The notes under the pieces: generated by a model | What the model was told of the DNA's origin: nothing | Database searches by the model: none | The model's input: only the letters and a program-made list of their open reading frames with translations | Part shown: in pieces, positions 39,892 through 40,281 of the stretch | Layout: every line of letters starts with the position of its first letter | How positions within the stretch are numbered: position 1 is the first letter of the stretch | Program-made: the position numbers and the translations under genes | DNA from: Candidatus Eiseniibacteriota bacterium | GTDB lineage: Bacteria; Eisenbacteria; RBG-16-71-46; DASYSL01 | Direction: 5' to 3' | NCBI GenBank assembly: GCA_046596055.1 | Contig: JBKJNH010000240.1 | Location: 1-40,281, forward strand | Length of the DNA stretch: 40,281 nt

Positions 39892-40047
39892 AGAGTCGGG
39901 CGCCGTCGAATGCTCCTATCCCGTGGGCGGCAATGGGGCTAGACTCCCGGGCGGCTGCGACCCGGGCATCGGATTCCCACGGACACACGGGCCGCACGAG
40001 ATCGCTGCGAAGGGAGCCCGGTTGGCGCACGCACCGCAGGAGTCGAA

Positions 40048-40281
40048 GTGATCCCCGCGCTCGACGCCCTCGATCGGCTGATCGACGGCAATCGGCGCTT
40101 CGCCTCGGGCGTCCACGGTCGTGACGGTCTCGAGGATCGGGCCCGTCGTCTGGAGCTGACCGACGGGCAGGAGCCGTTCGCGATCATCCTGGGTTGTTCG
40201 GACTCGCGAGTCCCCGCCGAGCTGGTGTTCGACCAGGGCCTCGGGGACCTGTTTGTCATCCGTGTCGCCGGCAACATCGTC
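40048..40281 (+). CDS. Beta-class carbonic anhydrase, N-terminal part (runs off the right edge; not in the ORF track)
   Basis: GTG 40048, with AGGAG 5 nt upstream. My own translation is [21 protein letters not shown]...[43 protein letters not shown] and FVxRxAGN are beta-CA signatures. Confidence 0.8.
   Translation, partial: MIPALDALDRLIDGNRRFASGVHGRDGLEDRARRLELTDGQEPFAIILGCSDSRVPAELVFDQGLGDLFVIRVAGNIV

Overview
Very GC-rich bacterial chromosomal segment (about 70% G+C by eye, not computed). It is densely coding, with about 41 protein genes, many joined by 1-11 nt start/stop overlaps. I found no rRNA, tRNA, CRISPR array, transposase or integrase. The supplied ORF track is full of long Arg/Gly/Pro-rich shadow ORFs in wrong frames or on the antisense strand. 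I called genes from recognisable protein motifs, Shine-Dalgarno placement and GC3, and re-derived many starts.

Gene content, left to right:
- queG (partial), then an FHA-GAF-PP2C phosphatase divergent from a zinc-ribbon NUDIX hydrolase.
- A 557-nt low-GC non-coding spacer.
- A near-complete futalosine-route menaquinone cluster: mqnD, then on the minus strand yjbQ, mqnC, mqnA, mqnE, a 56-aa membrane ORF, and UbiD-like, UbiX and UbiA-like genes.
- An alginate-export-type porin, then an ECF sigma / RskA anti-sigma / DUF4394 unit.
- A CxC thioredoxin-like membrane protein translationally coupled to a 6-TM hybrid histidine kinase.
- A secreted beta-sandwich-type protein, comM/yifB, and an 8-repeat secreted protein with an FlgD-Ig/T9SS-like C-terminal domain.
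- An SDR, a GAF hybrid kinase, a Cys-free redoxin-fold protein plus a UROD-like protein, and a split rfaE pair.
- A 2-oxoacid dehydrogenase operon in the order E1beta-E2-E1alpha, coupled to a Cys-rich membrane-anchored protein, then a lipoprotein.
- A GGCT / RidA / GGCT / PAT-type acetyltransferase cluster, a TPR protein, and the start of a beta-carbonic anhydrase.

From the FlgD-Ig-type C-terminal domain, the futalosine pathway and the GC content, I infer with low confidence that the source is an uncultured Gram-negative lineage, for example Eisenbacteria- or Gemmatimonadota-like.

Observations most worth a second look:
1. The coupled CxC protein and His/Glu-rich 6-TM sensor kinase.
2. The GGCT-RidA-GGCT-acetyltransferase cluster.
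3. Near-identical perfect palindromes shared by two intergenic loci 31 kb apart.
4. SD-sequestering hairpins in front of mqnE and a lipoprotein gene.
5. The low-GC spacer with a duplicated roughly 50-nt motif.
6. An MscS C-terminal gene remnant abutting the mqn block.

Nothing here is demonstrably a new system from sequence alone. All functional ideas are labelled as inference.
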